The notes: generated by a model not told the origin, from the sequence alone. Shown: positions 12,173-29,356, counted from the first letter of the stretch. The stretch is 62,138 nt of DNA from Atractiella rhizophila (GCA_021432655.1 MU271408.1:9373-71510), one strand, 5' to 3'. Translations and numbers: made by a program.

Positions 12173-13141
12173 TTAGAGGATTTTCGACACAACCGGTCCT
12201 CCGCGCGTCTCTGGTCGTCTGCCTTCGTTCAAGTATTTCTGGATTCCCTCACGATTCAACTAAAACACAGAATAAGCTTAAAATTATACGATGCACGAGA
12301 AATGCTTACAAGCTTGGTGTAGACGGCCTTAAGTTTGGGATGCTTGTCAAGCACAGAGGAGTAGATGGACGTGTACCAGTAGAAGAGTTCGAGGAAACCG
12401 AACTCCGCGAAAGTTGGCTGTCAAGAGTACAACATCAGCCTGGGTTGCTGTGTCTCACACAAGTGAGCATAATACCTTCTCAGTTCCAAAGAAATATCCT
12501 TCTCCCGACTTGTTCCATTTTTCCGTCCAAGCCTCGTACATGTCCAGCTTTTGAGGGAGATCCTCCTCGAACCATTTCTTCAGTGCGCCTTCTTCTCCGT
12601 CCCTCGCCTTCCTGTAAGCGTCATTCACGTCGTCCAAGGTAGTCATGAGACCTTCGGAAAGAGCAGTCTCGAGATTGTTAGATGGGTACCCTGTCATAAT
12701 TTGAGTATGAATCGGCTGCATCCCGAGCGAAAGGACGAACCAAGTTCAGCGCCTAAGAAGCGAAGGATGGCACCAGATTCAGGAATAACGAGATCGCCAT
12801 ATTCGAGCACCTTCACGTCGCCATCAGATTGTGTGTTGAGAAACTAGCTAACTCAATAAAGACAAACCGGAACTTTTCCAAAGGGAGTGATTGTCCTTTT
12901 CGTCTTGTAATCAGACTTGAAGTTGTCCATACTTTGGATTCGAATGTCATCGTGCTCGACGCCTTTCATCCTATCAACATCTCCCTTCCGGAATCAGCAG
13001 AAACTAACCAGAATCGGCGAGGAGGAGACGAATGGCTACCAGGTTTGTTCAGCGTTGCATTCCATAAGAAACGGTGTAGTACTTACGCTCCGCTGGTCCC
13101 TGGATTTTGAAGTAGTGAAGGCGGATTGGGCTGGCAACCAT
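12173..13141 (-). CDS. Glutathione S-transferase, tyrosine-type (sigma/pi-like), about 7 exons
   Basis: Spliced product MVASPIRLHYFKIQGPAEPIRLLLADSG...PFGKVPVLEYGDLVIPESGAILRFLG...YFFGTEK|PTFAEF matches the GST N-domain (Tyr, cis-Pro VP, ES) and C-domain N-capping box. Confidence 0.88.
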
Positions 13142-13512
13142 TTTCGAGGTGTCAAAGAAGGCAGAGTGATGTTGGGCTGAGCGAAAAACTGGCAGTTGGA
13201 TGACACTGGACTCGGATACTCGTTTTATACACCTCTCTAGTCACTTGGAACCGCATGATGTGAACTCGAGACGGCATGTCCTGCTGACGAAGCGCAGCTT
13301 CGCGATGTGTAAGCCAGGTAGGTTCCAGTCGATTCCGATTCCACTGCCGAATCATACAGGTCGTCCCTGTATTCTATTCTGAATATTGTATTCTTCGAGC
13401 GAAATCATATCGTGACAGTATCACTGAGTCTCCTCACCTTTCCTTTCCGTTTCTATTCCTCGCTACAAACCTTCTAGTTGCTTACTGAGACATTTGTTTC
13501 CGAGGGCCTCAG

Positions 13513-14393
13513 GTTTCAACGTAACTTGTATCAAATCGAATTATAGCACCACAATTGGCTGTGGACGGTGGGTACTGGTGGGTTTCACTGAATTCCAGCA
13601 TTCTTGCGATCTTGGGAAGCATGAAGAGTGGCATGACCGAAACCAGTCATTGACCCTCCCTCAGACCCACCTGTTTCAATGTCAAGGTGACAAATCTTTC
13701 TTTCAACGTCAGACCCTCCCGAGATAGGTAGGCGCTCTTTTTCTGTAAAGGGGAAACGTGGGAAACAGGTTCGAAAGATTTTATTTTCACCCTCATGCAT
13801 CGCGCATCATGATGGATGTTTGGAAAGGGGACAATGAGACGGAAAGATTGTACCCTCAACGCTTGAAGGTCGGAACTATCCTGTGAGCCAAAGTGAAAAA
13901 TGCCGAGAAAGCATTGTTCTGGCTTCTCAAACTTCTTCTGTGCTTGCTCGCAATTAAGTTCAACATCGAGCGGGATGGTGATGGCGTGAACATAGCGCTA
14001 TGAGAGGCATTTGATAGCAAAGCAGCTCTTTATATTGGCCATACGATACTTCCAGGCGTCGCTGGGCTCTACACGTAACGACCTACGATGACCTCTTCAT
14101 CTTCACACACTTTGGGCAATTGGCCATGTTTTGACGGAACGGACCGAAAGTACAGGAACGAACAAGAAAATTTTGGATCGAGGATCGACCGTTTGACAGA
14201 GCTCCTTTCACTTGCTGAGGAGACGAAGGTGCAGATACAAGATAGGCTGAGGAAGGATGGGACTTGGTGGAAGAAAACAGAAGCAGAGGATTGGGGAGGA
14301 TCCAAGAAATCAGAAATGGGCTCTTGGTGTGTCTGGTTTGCTTATCTTGTTGCAAGAAAGGGAGGATGGGATAGAGTTGTCGCTGTTAGATAG
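13513..14393 (+). CDS. Tentative multi-exon hypothetical protein
   Basis: In-frame GT-AG-joined segments (FNVTCIKS...GCG|RPTCFNVKV...RD|RFERFYFHP...) and a Trp-rich terminal ORF 14088-14393. Start and middle junctions unresolved; no family recognised. Confidence 0.3.
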
Positions 14394-15148
14394 CGCAATT
14401 TGTGCAGGGGTATGTCTCTGTGACAGAAGGGTTAGAGAGGCATATACCTTCCATCCAGCTGCTGCCGCATGTGCTCAGCTTTGATTTCTATCATTCTGCT
14501 TCGAATTTAATCAAGCGATTTGAACATCTATGTAACTGCCACATTGTTTCCAAGTTGGAGCAGTAACAGCAAGAGGGAAGGGAGGAGGTTAAGATTGTGA
14601 TTTGGAAGTATGCAGTCTCGTCTGTAACTGTAAAACTGACGATGGCATCAACTTGTTTTATAGCACGTTGTGCATTAAGAAACGATCACGTCTATTGTTC
14701 GCTCATCAAACTACGATAAAGTACCTCTTCATCTTGGACAACCAAGCAGCGCGGGAGGCAGTTAATCGTGCATTTATGTCCTTCTTCTAAATGTCCTCTG
14801 AGTAGAAGGCTGGACAAAAGACGAACTCTTGTTAATAGGCGGTGGACAATAAAGTTTGTCTTCAATATTACGCATGTCGGACAATCCGGTATATCCCTGA
14901 TTTCACTTAGCTGTTCTTTACGTTGCGTGCTGTTGTCCTTCCCTGCGAATTAATGGAGTAAAACAGTACTGCTCGCAAGAGAGGGATGTAAGAACTGTTC
15001 TGTACTCCGTTCCATGTGATTTTGCAACAGAACACATCTGTCTGGGTATTCAATCAGTCACAGACCTGGACGATTCTCTTTTCTCGTAGTGATGACGGAA
15101 CATGTCGCACTTGTTCAATAGCTGGGATACTCATTGTTTGTTGGCTAG

Positions 15149-16218
15149 ATGCATCTCGAACCTCATACAAGCTCCTAACATCCATGGGATGGTCCTCCAA
15201 CTCGGATGAGCTCAATCGTTCCAGAACCTACAAGAGCGGTTTCAAGCGTCGTCCTATCGTCCCCAAAGCTCGGTCAAACGATCCTTCACACGCCAATCTT
15301 GGCCTAGGAGCAGCTCCAGGACAATCGATCACCCATGGTGGCTTGTGGGATACGAGCGGACGGGTGAGGCTGATGGGCTTGATTGAGGGCATGGGCTGGG
15401 TGAGGGGTCAGGGTTTGAGAAGCACGATAAATGGAGAGGAATATGCCATCAAAGAACCTAAGAAGACCGTCCAAGGTGGAGAGTTCGGAAGACTCCTAGA
15501 GCGTCTCAATAGTAAAAAGAGAAAGAAAGAGGATCTAGATAAGGAGGCGGTGGAGTCAGCGGCACCTGTACTGAGTCAAGAGGAGCCAAATTTGGCGAGG
15601 GCAGAGGAAGAATCAGAAGAGCCTCTACGGAAGAAGAGGAAAAAGGAAAAGAAGGAGAAGAAGTCTGGATCCTCGAAGAGGGAAGTTTCTACCGTGAAGG
15701 AGGACGAAGAGAAGAAACCTGAAACCCAGACTGATTCTGTGACCGTCTCCTCCTCGACGATTCCCACACCGCCTGATTCCCACCAACCCTCTCCCGCTCC
15801 TCCCCCTCCCCAGCATCGTCTCGCCATTGCTTCACGATCTCGCAACGTTGCAGCCAAACGACGGGCAGCTCAGGACGCGAACGCGATGCGTGAAATCTTG
15901 GGTCTTCCTCCTCTTCCTGTAGAAACGCAAGGTGGTGCTCGAACGGAAACGGCTGAAGTCAAGGAAGAGCTGGCCGAGAACATCGCTGAAACAGAGGATG
16001 GTGAGAAGAGAACGGAGAAGAGAGGGAAATCTGCCAAATCTGAAAACGCGGGAGTCCAAGTAGAAGAAAGCGTTACGACCGCGTCGGATAAGAAACAGGA
16101 GAAGAGGAAAAAGAAGAGAGAGAAAGAGAATACGGAGGCGAAGATCGGTTCTGCGGTAGACGACACAGAGGAGAGGGTGTCTAAGAAGAAGACAAAACGC
16201 AGATCCGAGACTGCTTAG
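15149..16218 (+). CDS. TMA23: Tma23-like nucleolar G-patch/KKE-rich ribosome biogenesis protein (start uncertain)
   Basis: YKLLTSMGW...GFKRRPIV...LGLGAAPG and WVRGQGLRSTI resemble yeast Tma23 N-terminal motifs; long Lys/Glu-rich tail. Confidence 0.55.
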
Positions 16219-16222
16219 ACTA

Positions 16223-16255
16223 ACTCCTGAGACGAGCACTCCTGAGACAAGCACT
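16223..16255. repeat. 15-bp tandem repeat (ACTCCTGAGAC[G/A]AGC x2) just after a stop codon
   Basis: Units at 16223-16237 and 16238-16252 with one mismatch. Confidence 0.85.
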
Positions 16256-16911
16256 TTCTCAGGTTCGTTCTGGATATGCGGAACTTACTGGGACTCTCCA
16301 ATTAGTTCGCCTTCTCTCTGAGCATATGTAGTTCCTGTCATATTACGGGAACAGGCTGGGAGCTTCTGGTGTATTCTCCTGGGCAGAATGTATACTGTGT
16401 TGTTTCTCCCTCACCTCCAATTCTGAAGCGTGTGGTTTGCAAGCAAGTTGGTACTATGGGTTTAAGGCAGCCCTCGATTCTTTGGAGGATAGGAGCAAAA
16501 TATTTGCAAATGGCTTGAAAACAGTTTAATTTCAGGCTCACATCGTAGTCACATCACACACAACATATCAAGAACAACTTGGGGTAGGAAGAGTAACTAC
16601 AACCGGTGAATTACCCTCTTCTCCTTTCCATTCAACATTCTTAACTAGACCTCATTCAAGACCGTCAATCTCTTTGTACAGCAGAATTCAATCTTAGAAA
16701 CACGAGAAGAGAGATGAGTGGGATGCCAAGGAAGAAATGAATAACGTTTATGGATATAGAAACTAGTAAGGGAGTTGCATGACACTAAATAACGGGATCG
16801 AACGCCCAATTTGAGGCTTATTGGCGGTATGATGAGGTTTCGTGAGGCAACGTTGGTTTCTGGATGGGCATCACATGGTTCTCGTCTCCTTCGTTATCGT
16901 GGCCATTAGCT

Positions 16912-21004
<4,093 letters not shown>

Positions 21005-22009
21005 TCCCGCTCTCCCTGGGCAAATTTCAAGAGCGGACACATACCTGAGACGCCATTTTTCCCTAATAAAATATGATTAACAACTCGTCAATGCTCGTGA
21101 ACAGGAGTATGTGGTCGTGATCTAAGGAGAGCGAGAGGAAGATGTAAGATATCTGATTTGTTAAGGTGGTTCGATGGAATGACCTTTGTGCCCTGTAATT
21201 TCGCAACCACGCCCCTGGCTGCGCAAGTCCGCTCAATCGCCCCCGAGTTCTTCGCTTATAGACCTTCGTGTAAAGAGAAAGGCGAGGACGTGCTGGATTT
21301 GCTGAGGACGAGAGGGTCGAGAGATCTTCGCGGTCAATTTGCTTGCCAAATTTGGTTGGCCATGTAATTTCCCGCATTCATGCGCACCACACAGCACAAT
21401 GGCTTCAGACCGATTACAGTGGATACAGATTATTTACACTGGGACGGGGAGCGGCCGTGCATGTTTTTGAGCCCTGGGACCCTGGCAGAACAGCTGATGG
21501 AGCGAGGGTCTGTACGAGTAATCAATGGGCTCGGATGTCATCAGATGTAAACTGATAAGACAAAGCCCCTGAAGACCACCAGGTGCAATCCTCCAATCAC
21601 ATCTTCAATCAGATTAATCATGACTGACTTTGATTCTGCATGGAACAACGTCAAGGAGATTGTTTCATTTGGTATCGTAACAGCGGTCGAAGATCACTGA
21701 TTATTGTAAGTCCAAGTCATTGGACGAAACAGAAGGTGCAAAGCAGCCGAAGCTGGGCGAACCAATAACAGTTCCTAAGCGAGGACCGCGTCGGGTAGTG
21801 TGTCCAATGTAACTGATCCGTAGAATTGATCCTGTAGCTTGAAGATTGTTCGAGGCACGTGACGTTAGCATGAGAAGCCTGGACTTGGTTACTTCTGTTC
21901 CACTGTCAGGAAATTCTAGAAACAGAATGAACCTGGAGGAAATTGGAAAGCTGACGTGGTTTCGACTTCCTGCGATTTCTTGTTCTGGGGTTTTGCCACC
22001 ATCCGTCAC

Positions 22010-22080
22010 TTCTCGAAGTTTCCGGCAAGGCCTCGAAGGGGAGCCGATAACTTGCGCGTATTCATTCGCCAGACTATAAA
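22010..22080 (+). promoter_or_regulatory. Heat-shock element (TTCtcGAAgtTTC, 22010-22022) and TATA box (22075-22080) of the Hsp20 gene
   Basis: Perfect 3-unit inverted nGAAn array about 155 nt upstream of a small HSP start codon; a further TTCtaGAA at 21914-21921. Confidence 0.75.
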
Positions 22081-22177
22081 TTCAGCATGATTGTCCCTCC
22101 AGCCCTGAATCTTACAAGCTTGATCGCTCGGGTTTGCGAAGAAGACTCACGACATTTGCCAGCTTCTAGTCAGCAAC

Positions 22178-22756
22178 ATGTCACTCGCCCGATTCTTCCC
22201 AGAGTTCCGCTCCGCCTTACGCGCGTTCGACCATCCCAACCATCACTTTGCGCACATTCGACCTTTCGGTCCTCCTCCCGCTTTTTTCGCTGCTCCATGG
22301 AGAGCATTTGACGAAGCCTTCGCCGCAAATTCCTGGAATCCGCCCATGGACGTCAAGGAGCTGAAGGACAGGTTTAAGGTCGAGATTGAGATTCCGGGTG
22401 CGAGAAAGGAGGATCTGAAGCTTGAATTTGAGGGAGAAGGTGGGAGGACGTTGACATTGACTGGGAAAATTGGGGGAAATGTGAAGGAACCAGCGACTGA
22501 GAACAATTCGGAGGGTTCGGGGGATGCGACCGTGCAACCTTCCAAGGATGGAGACATTGTCAAGGCAAAGGAAGAAGAGATGTCAATTTGGACATCCGAG
22601 AGATTTGTCGGTAGCTTCGCAAAATCGTTCCGGTTCCCAAGCTCCATCGAGGTGGAAAACGTAAAGGCGACATATAAGGATGGCGTTTTGGAGGTGGAGG
22701 TACCCAAGAAGGAGGTGAGGAAGGAAGAGGGGATAAAGGCTATCCAAATCGAATAA
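22178..22756 (+). CDS. Small heat-shock protein (Hsp20/alpha-crystallin family), intronless
   Basis: PPMDVKE...EIPGARKEDLKL, SERFVGSFAKSFRFP, VKATYKDGVLEVEVPK, C-terminal IQI motif. Confidence 0.95.
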   Translation: MSLARFFPEFRSALRAFDHPNHHFAHIRPFGPPPAFFAAPWRAFDEAFAANSWNPPMDVKELKDRFKVEIEIPGARKEDLKLEFEGEGGRTLTLTGKIGGNVKEPATENNSEGSGDATVQPSKDGDIVKAKEEEMSIWTSERFVGSFAKSFRFPSSIEVENVKATYKDGVLEVEVPKKEVRKEEGIKAIQIE

Positions 22757-23304
22757 ACAGTAAGGTGGCCTTCCGCGGAGTCGAAATAAATACTCACAGT
22801 GGCCGATATGTTAGATCCTCACGATTTCCCGCTGCGTTGATTATTTCGGAGCTATTGCTGCAATGATGAGGCGTCGATGGTGTATTCCAGTCATGTAAAA
22901 TATAGCCGCACTTGTAATCTTCACCGCTCCATGTTTAACGTCAATGCAAAACATCATATGTCTCCTGGGTAGAAGAATGCAGGGAAAATGAAATGCAGTT
23001 CCAAGAGACTTGAGATATAACCAGTCCTAACTCGTGACATGTGAGATGAGAACTTGGTGATGGAAGTGCTGAAAGGGAAACAACCTCGAAAATTCTGGGT
23101 TTGTTGAAAACATTGATTGATGATACAGAACAGTGCTCACAATGAATGTAAAAGTTCCGAACTTCGTCCGCCAACATCTCCATTCATTCCAATGTTCATT
23201 AACATCCGATTCCAGTAGAAACCCGTACAAGTACTTTCATTAGTATTCTGAACTGTCTGGCTAATGTCCGAGTCCTAACAAAATCAGAGTTAATTCGGAG
23301 GAGA

Positions 23305-23375
23305 CCTCCACATCAATATCTGCCTCCACACTAAGAATGTGGAGGATTTCTGACTTCTCCTTTCTCCCTATAAAA
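23305..23375 (+). promoter_or_regulatory. CCTCCACA repeat cluster plus TATA upstream of AKR copy 1
   Basis: CCTCCACA at 23305 and 23323, inverted TGTGGAGG at 23338-23345, TATAAAA at 23369; same layout at the paralog. Confidence 0.6.
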
Positions 23376-23438
23376 AGACAGTGACTGGAATGATGTTAAC
23401 TGAAGGCTCGGTTGCATCTGGTCTTAATAAACAGCACA

Positions 23439-25113
23439 ATGGCTACGCCAAATAAAATGAAGTATGTAAACCTTGGAAAATCTGGCTTGAAAGTTTCGAG
23501 GGCAAGTTATATTTGTTTGCTATGCAATACCGCCGTTTATTGAGATTGCTCTTGATGGTGTATTGTAGATCATTTTGGGGACTATGACCTACGGAGGTGA
23601 CGGCAGCGAAGGATGTATGTCTTTCTTCAAGCCACTCTAAACTAGTGAACTCTCTTACGCTCCAAGTCAGGGCAAAAATGGTCTACTACTGTGTTTCTAT
23701 TCTGGCGGAAGAAAAATTGACGTTGATGTGGAAGGGTCCTCCCCGAAGAGACGGGTGTGAAACACATCAAAGAAGCCTGGCGTTTAGGTATCAACACTTT
23801 TGATACTGGTATGTCCTTCCACATTATTTGACGCTGTACTGTGAGTTCAGCGTTACCTAGCTAACGCATACTCGGACGGTCTGTCGGAAATATGTCTTGG
23901 AAAAGCTCTGAAGGAGCTCAACGTCCCTCGAGAAAAAGTTGTCATCATGACCAAGGTGTTCTTTCCCGTCACAGACAATCCTGGGCCATCAATCCACACC
24001 AAGTCGGCTGAAGAACTTGCTGCCGCTGGATACGTCAAGTTCGTATTTCATTCTCCCTCAATCATGTTAACACGGAAAGGTTAACAATACGGCCGGATTG
24101 AATAGTCGTCATGGATTATCAAGGAAGCACATCTTCGATTCCGTACAAGCGTCCCTCAAGAGGCTACAGGTGGACTATATTGATCTCCTGCAGTGTGAGC
24201 CCCTCGCTTCGTGCCATTTAAGATATATAACGAACATGTAGGTCATCGTTTTGACTACGACACTCCGATCGAAGAAACGATGCAGGCTCTTCACGATGTT
24301 GTTCAGAAAGGATGGGTTCGATACATCGGAATGAGTAGCTGTTGGGCTTATCAGGTTCGTCAGTTTTCTCACGGATTATTTGGCCGTGTTTCTAAACGAG
24401 ACACGACAGTTTCATATAATGCAAAACTATGCCAGTGCGCCACTTGGTCCCATTATTCACATAGCACGCACCTAAGACTCATGTAAAGTCAACAACAAAC
24501 TTACACCTTTCATCAGCATGCAGAACCAATATTCTGCGATATACAGAGAGGAAGAGCGAGAGGTTCGATATGTTTCATGCTTTAATAACATTGAACTTTT
24601 TACTGATGTGAGCACAGATGCATCCTACGTTGGAACATTTTGGCGCCGGCTCAGTGACATGGAGCACTCTCGGTAGAGGTCTTCTCACCCGTCCATGGAA
24701 CACAGCGGGCCATCGTACCGGTCAGGATAGTGCGTTCCTCAAATATAGATACAACTGGCACACTAAGACGTATCTGAAGGTTATCTTGCGCAATTCTCGT
24801 CCAAGTCCCAGGCATCGAATGAAGCTATCATCAATGCGTACGTGCTGTTCCCACTCGCCCTGCCTGAAGTTGACACATCGACGTCTCGTTTGATAGAGTT
24901 GAAGCTATTTCCAAAAAACGAGGGAAATCGATGGCAGTCATTGCTCTAGCTTGGTCCCTTTCAAAGAAGGCAGTCAGCGCTCCAATCGTCGGTACGAGCA
25001 AGATCGAGAGCATTCAAGAGTTGTGCGAAGCAGTCGAGGTTGAGCTGACTGCGGAGGAGATCAAGGCAATTGAGGATCCTTACATTCCAAGATGGGTCGA
25101 TGGTCATGCTTAG
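23439..25113 (+). CDS. Aldo-keto reductase (aryl-alcohol dehydrogenase-like), copy 1, about 12 exons, intact
   Basis: [78 protein letters not shown]. Includes a GC-AG first intron and a 10-nt microexon. Confidence 0.92.
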
Positions 25114-26728
25114 AGAATATTTGAAGAATCCTGCTTTGCTCGCATCTGCTACTTGTCACAAATGGTGCTTCTGCAATCCAAGTTGTCCAAGTAAATAAAG
25201 TTCCTGAACTGTCCTGGTCATGTACATTGAACTGGAGAAGCACACGGTTTGTTACCATCCAATTGCGCATCCATAACAACGACACCGACCTCGACACCGT
25301 GACCCCAACGTGAGATCACTTCATTGAGATGCTCGCCCGTGAATTGATAGTTCCCAGCTTTCCTCAGTGTCAGCAACTCGATTACAGCCGACGTCATTGA
25401 GTATGAAAACGGACTTTCTTTTGTGTCATCATCGAAGTAGCGAAAATTGACAACATCACAATGAAATTTTACTCAATCCACTCCAGAATCCACCCAACGC
25501 CTCGGTTCTCATGAGCGATCAAATTGTAATGTCCTTCCCATCGGCTTGGAATCAAACAGGGAGCTTTGGGTTATGAACCGTAACCTACTCTTGTGGAGGA
25601 CTAAGACTCATGTAAAGTCAACAACAAACTTACACCTTTCATCAGCATGCAGAACCAATATTCTGCGATATACAGAGAGGAAGAGCGAGAGGTTCGATAT
25701 GTTTCATGCTTTAATAACATTGAACTTTTTACTGATGTGAGCACAGATGCATCCTACGTTGGAACATTTTGGCGCCGGCTCAGTGACATGGAGCACTCTC
25801 GGTAGAGGTCTTCTCACCCGTCCATGGAACACAGCGGGCCATCGTACCGGTCAGGATAGTGCGTTCCTCAAACATAGATACAACTGGCACACTAAGACGT
25901 ATCTGAAGGTTATCTTGCGCAATTCTCGTCCAAGTCCCAGGCATCGAATGAAGCTATCATCAATGCGTACGTGCTGTTCCCACTCGCCCTGCCTGAAGTT
26001 GACACATCGACGTCTCGTTTGATAGAGTTGAAGCTATTTCCAAAAAACGAGGGAAATCGATGGCAGTCATTGCTCTAGCTTGGTCCCTTTCAAAGAAGGC
26101 AGTCAGCGCCCCAATCGTCGGTACGAGCAAGATCGAGAGCATTCAAGAGTTGTGCGAAGCAGTCGAGGTTGAGCTGACTGCGGAGGAGATCAAGGCAATT
26201 GAGGATCCTTACATTCCAAGATGGGTCGATGGTCATGCTTAGAGAATATTTGAAGAATCCTGCTTTGCTCGCATCTGCTACTTGTCACAAATGGTGCTTC
26301 TGCAATCCAAGTTGTCCAAGTAAATAAAGTTCCTGAACTGTCCTGGTCATGTACATTGAACTGGAGAAGCACACGTTTTGTTACCATCCAATTGCGCATC
26401 CATAACAACGACACCGACCTCGACACCGTGACCCCAACGTGAGATCACTTCATTGAGATGCTCACCCGTGAATCGAGAGTTCCCAGCTTTCCTCAGTGTC
26501 AGCAACTCGATTACAGCCGACGTCATTGAGTATGAAAACGGACTTTCTTTTGTGTCATCATCGAAGTAGCGAAAATTGACAACATCACAATGAAATTTTA
26601 CTCAATCCACTCCAGAATCCACCCAACGCCTCGGTTCTCATGAGCGATCAAATTGTAATGTCCTTCCCATCGGCTTGGAATCAAACAGGGAGCTTTGGGT
26701 TATGAACCGTAACCTACTCTTGTGGAGG
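24472..26728 (+). repeat. Direct tandem duplication, unit 1128 bp (24472-25599 and 25601-26728)
   Basis: Constant offset 1129; six substitutions spotted (24744/25873, 24981/26110, 25247/26376, 25335/26464, 25345/26474, 25348/26477). Confidence 0.95.
25601..26242 (+). pseudogene. Promoterless duplicate of the last four exons of AKR copy 1
   Basis: Second unit of the tandem duplication; starts inside an intron, encodes the same C-terminal peptide ending WVDGHA*. Confidence 0.75.
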
Positions 26729-27652
26729 CAGGTGAGCTTGCTCGGGAGGGCTGGCGGAGGAAGGACTTAAACATTTCAATACGTCTGTGCCTGTGGGATG
26801 TTGTACTTGATCATCCTCTTGTGTGTGGCAACTCAATAGATCTCACTTTTGTCCGATGCTTTCTCATCCCCTCAACATTGAAGTTCTAGAAGGATAACAG
26901 AACTGTCGATTGGAGAAACGTGCTCTGGATTAATCAGATCACCCCCAAGCACCAGGTTTGATACCAAGGCAGCAGAGGATGAACCATATTAATGATCGCC
27001 TGCCTTTTGGTCGCGGACCTGCCGCAATCTTGCCCGCGTCAAGTTTCTGTGAAGAAAGAGAGCTGCTCCAAAACATTCGCAACAATACATCTGATCGATC
27101 TGAACCTTCTATAGTCATTTCAGGTTCAAGAGTCTCCTCCGAGTTGTTGAGATCTGCATATCTACAGCCAACAGACACCTTGAAGTGAATATTGAATATT
27201 GGGAATGCTCTCCGCATTTGGAAAGAACCAGATTGTTGTGTGTTCGGAGCACCAGCATGATCACTTATTTTCCTCCATCCAACTGTCCGAACAAAGTCCG
27301 AAGCTCCAAATTACTGAATTTCAGCGTTACAATTGTGCCAGTTCACAAACTGGATGACATGTTGAGATCTGCGGAGATGGTTTTCATGCTGCTTCCTTGG
27401 AGTCCATGCAGGTATATGAGCCCGACATGAGCGGAATCGACTTAGGAAGCGCTCTGAAATGATTCATTCTTCATTCACAGGAAGAAGAGTCGAGCTCTCA
27501 TTGAAGCGAAAGAGTTCCGCAGTGTAGTTGGAGACGCCCTTCGTACCCAGCCTGCTTCTCTATGGTGTGCTTGCAACTCTTACTTAAACATTGAATCGAT
27601 TCTCGTTCTGGAGATCTCCTCCCTCTTTGCTTTCCTCGTCGTCCTTGCAAAC

Positions 27653-29356
27653 ATGAGCACTGAGCCCCCAGTTCAGACTTTTGTGCAGTGGAAAAGGGGG
27701 GATTACCGACTTCACATTCTACCCATCGTCGTCGGAGCTTCCATAAGCCTCATTTTGTTCGGGATATCCCTCCATATGTTCTCCCACGTCTTCAAACTCA
27801 TGCACGAACGCGGGACAAAGTATACCAGGTCTTGGTGGGTACTGATGGCCTTGTTCTGGATCAGTTTTGGAGATACGTACGAGTTCCCTTCTCCCATTCT
27901 GGCCGCTTTTGATGCCAGGATCAGCCTGAACAAGTTCATTCTTTTCGTGAACTACATGCAGAGTGCTACTCTTGATGGGCCACTCCTGTTTTTCAAACCT
28001 GTCAATCGAACAATTAGTACGTTTTGTCTCTTATTCAACTTTGAAATTCTCTCAGATTTTGGTTTCATAGTCGCAACCCCTATCTTTCAAGGCATACTGA
28101 CGGTTTCCGTCCAGTTGCTCTACATGTACCGCATCTTGCGAATCATTCGGTTTGTCGCCTCTCGCGTCTCAACGTGTTGTCCTTTGGAGACTACTGACTT
28201 TTATCAAGGGGGATGGCGAAGTTCAAGCCCTCTCATCATCGCGCAAGGCTTATCACATACGGGTAAGGCACAGCACTTTTGGTTAGATGTGAATTGACAA
28301 ATTGGACGAAAGCTGTCTATGTGTCGCTGGAGCGTTCATAATTGCTTCAGTAACGTTCCAATCCATACATTCAGATGAAACAGCACAGCTCATGACCCAC
28401 GGCAGCTCGTTGGCTTCGTCATGGCTGCAATGATCGAAACACGTCCGATTGTCGATTTCTTCCCACGTCTTCTCGTTCCGGGGATCCTTGCTCTTGGTTG
28501 TAAGTTTCCTTCTGCATTCCTCGTTGCAACCATGAACTGTGATTGCTAGGTGCGTCAACGGTGGATGTGATCCTATGCCTATGCATGGTTTATCACCTCC
28601 GACAACATAAGACGATTTCGGATTTCGACAAGACCAGCTTCATGGCTAAAAAAGTATGCCCCTCCTTTTGACACTGAATTATTAACCGATCACTATCAAA
28701 TGAATAGTTTATGTGAGACTATCAGGTCATATTTGAGAGAATATTGTCGCTCAACGCACCTTAGCAAACTCACCCTCGAAACTGGCCTCATCCCAACAGT
28801 GACGCAGGTGTGTTGATTGTCAATGGACTGTCACAGATGTTAACAGATCCTGTTAGATACTGGAGCTGCTGCTTATTATCTTTAAGCCAGTTTGTCGTTC
28901 TCTTTTAATGAACGAAAAAAACCTGATGACGGTGTAAAGCGCTCTGGGTTATGGGGCGCAGTTGGCTATTCCATGACAAAGGTCTAATTAGCTTCCATTA
29001 CGTGCGGCTATCTGATGGACGAACCTGTTATATAGGTGTACGTATTAGCGGCACTCGTTCTGTACGAAGCCGCCTTTGCCACCAATATCGCTTCGATATC
29101 TCATGAGCGGGGGAAATCACAACCTTCACGGGATAACTCAAAGGGGCGATTCCATGAACAGATCCTGGTAGTTCTTCTGCTCTTTTCTGTATCAACCAAG
29201 CTGAGCCAGGGGAAGGTCACTGAGACATCTGTGCAGCAAGCTGATGTGATAGAGCAGTCGGTACAGCTCAGGGACGTACACCCTCCGCGTTTTCTTCACG
29301 AGAAGGAGAAGCAAGAGGAGACTGTTTCCAGTCTCCCCAGCTTCGATGCCATCTAA
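27653..29356 (+). CDS. Multi-pass membrane protein, DUF6534-like, multi-exon
   Basis: GASISLILFGISL first helix; STVDVILCLCMVYHL...LTLETGLIPTV...TKVYVLAALV pattern typical of basidiomycete DUF6534 proteins. Confidence 0.7.

Noticed and set aside
24472..26728. The 1.13-kb direct repeats as LTRs of a retroelement
   Set aside because: The units abut, contain host exons and introns, and lack TG...CA ends and any internal gag/pol.
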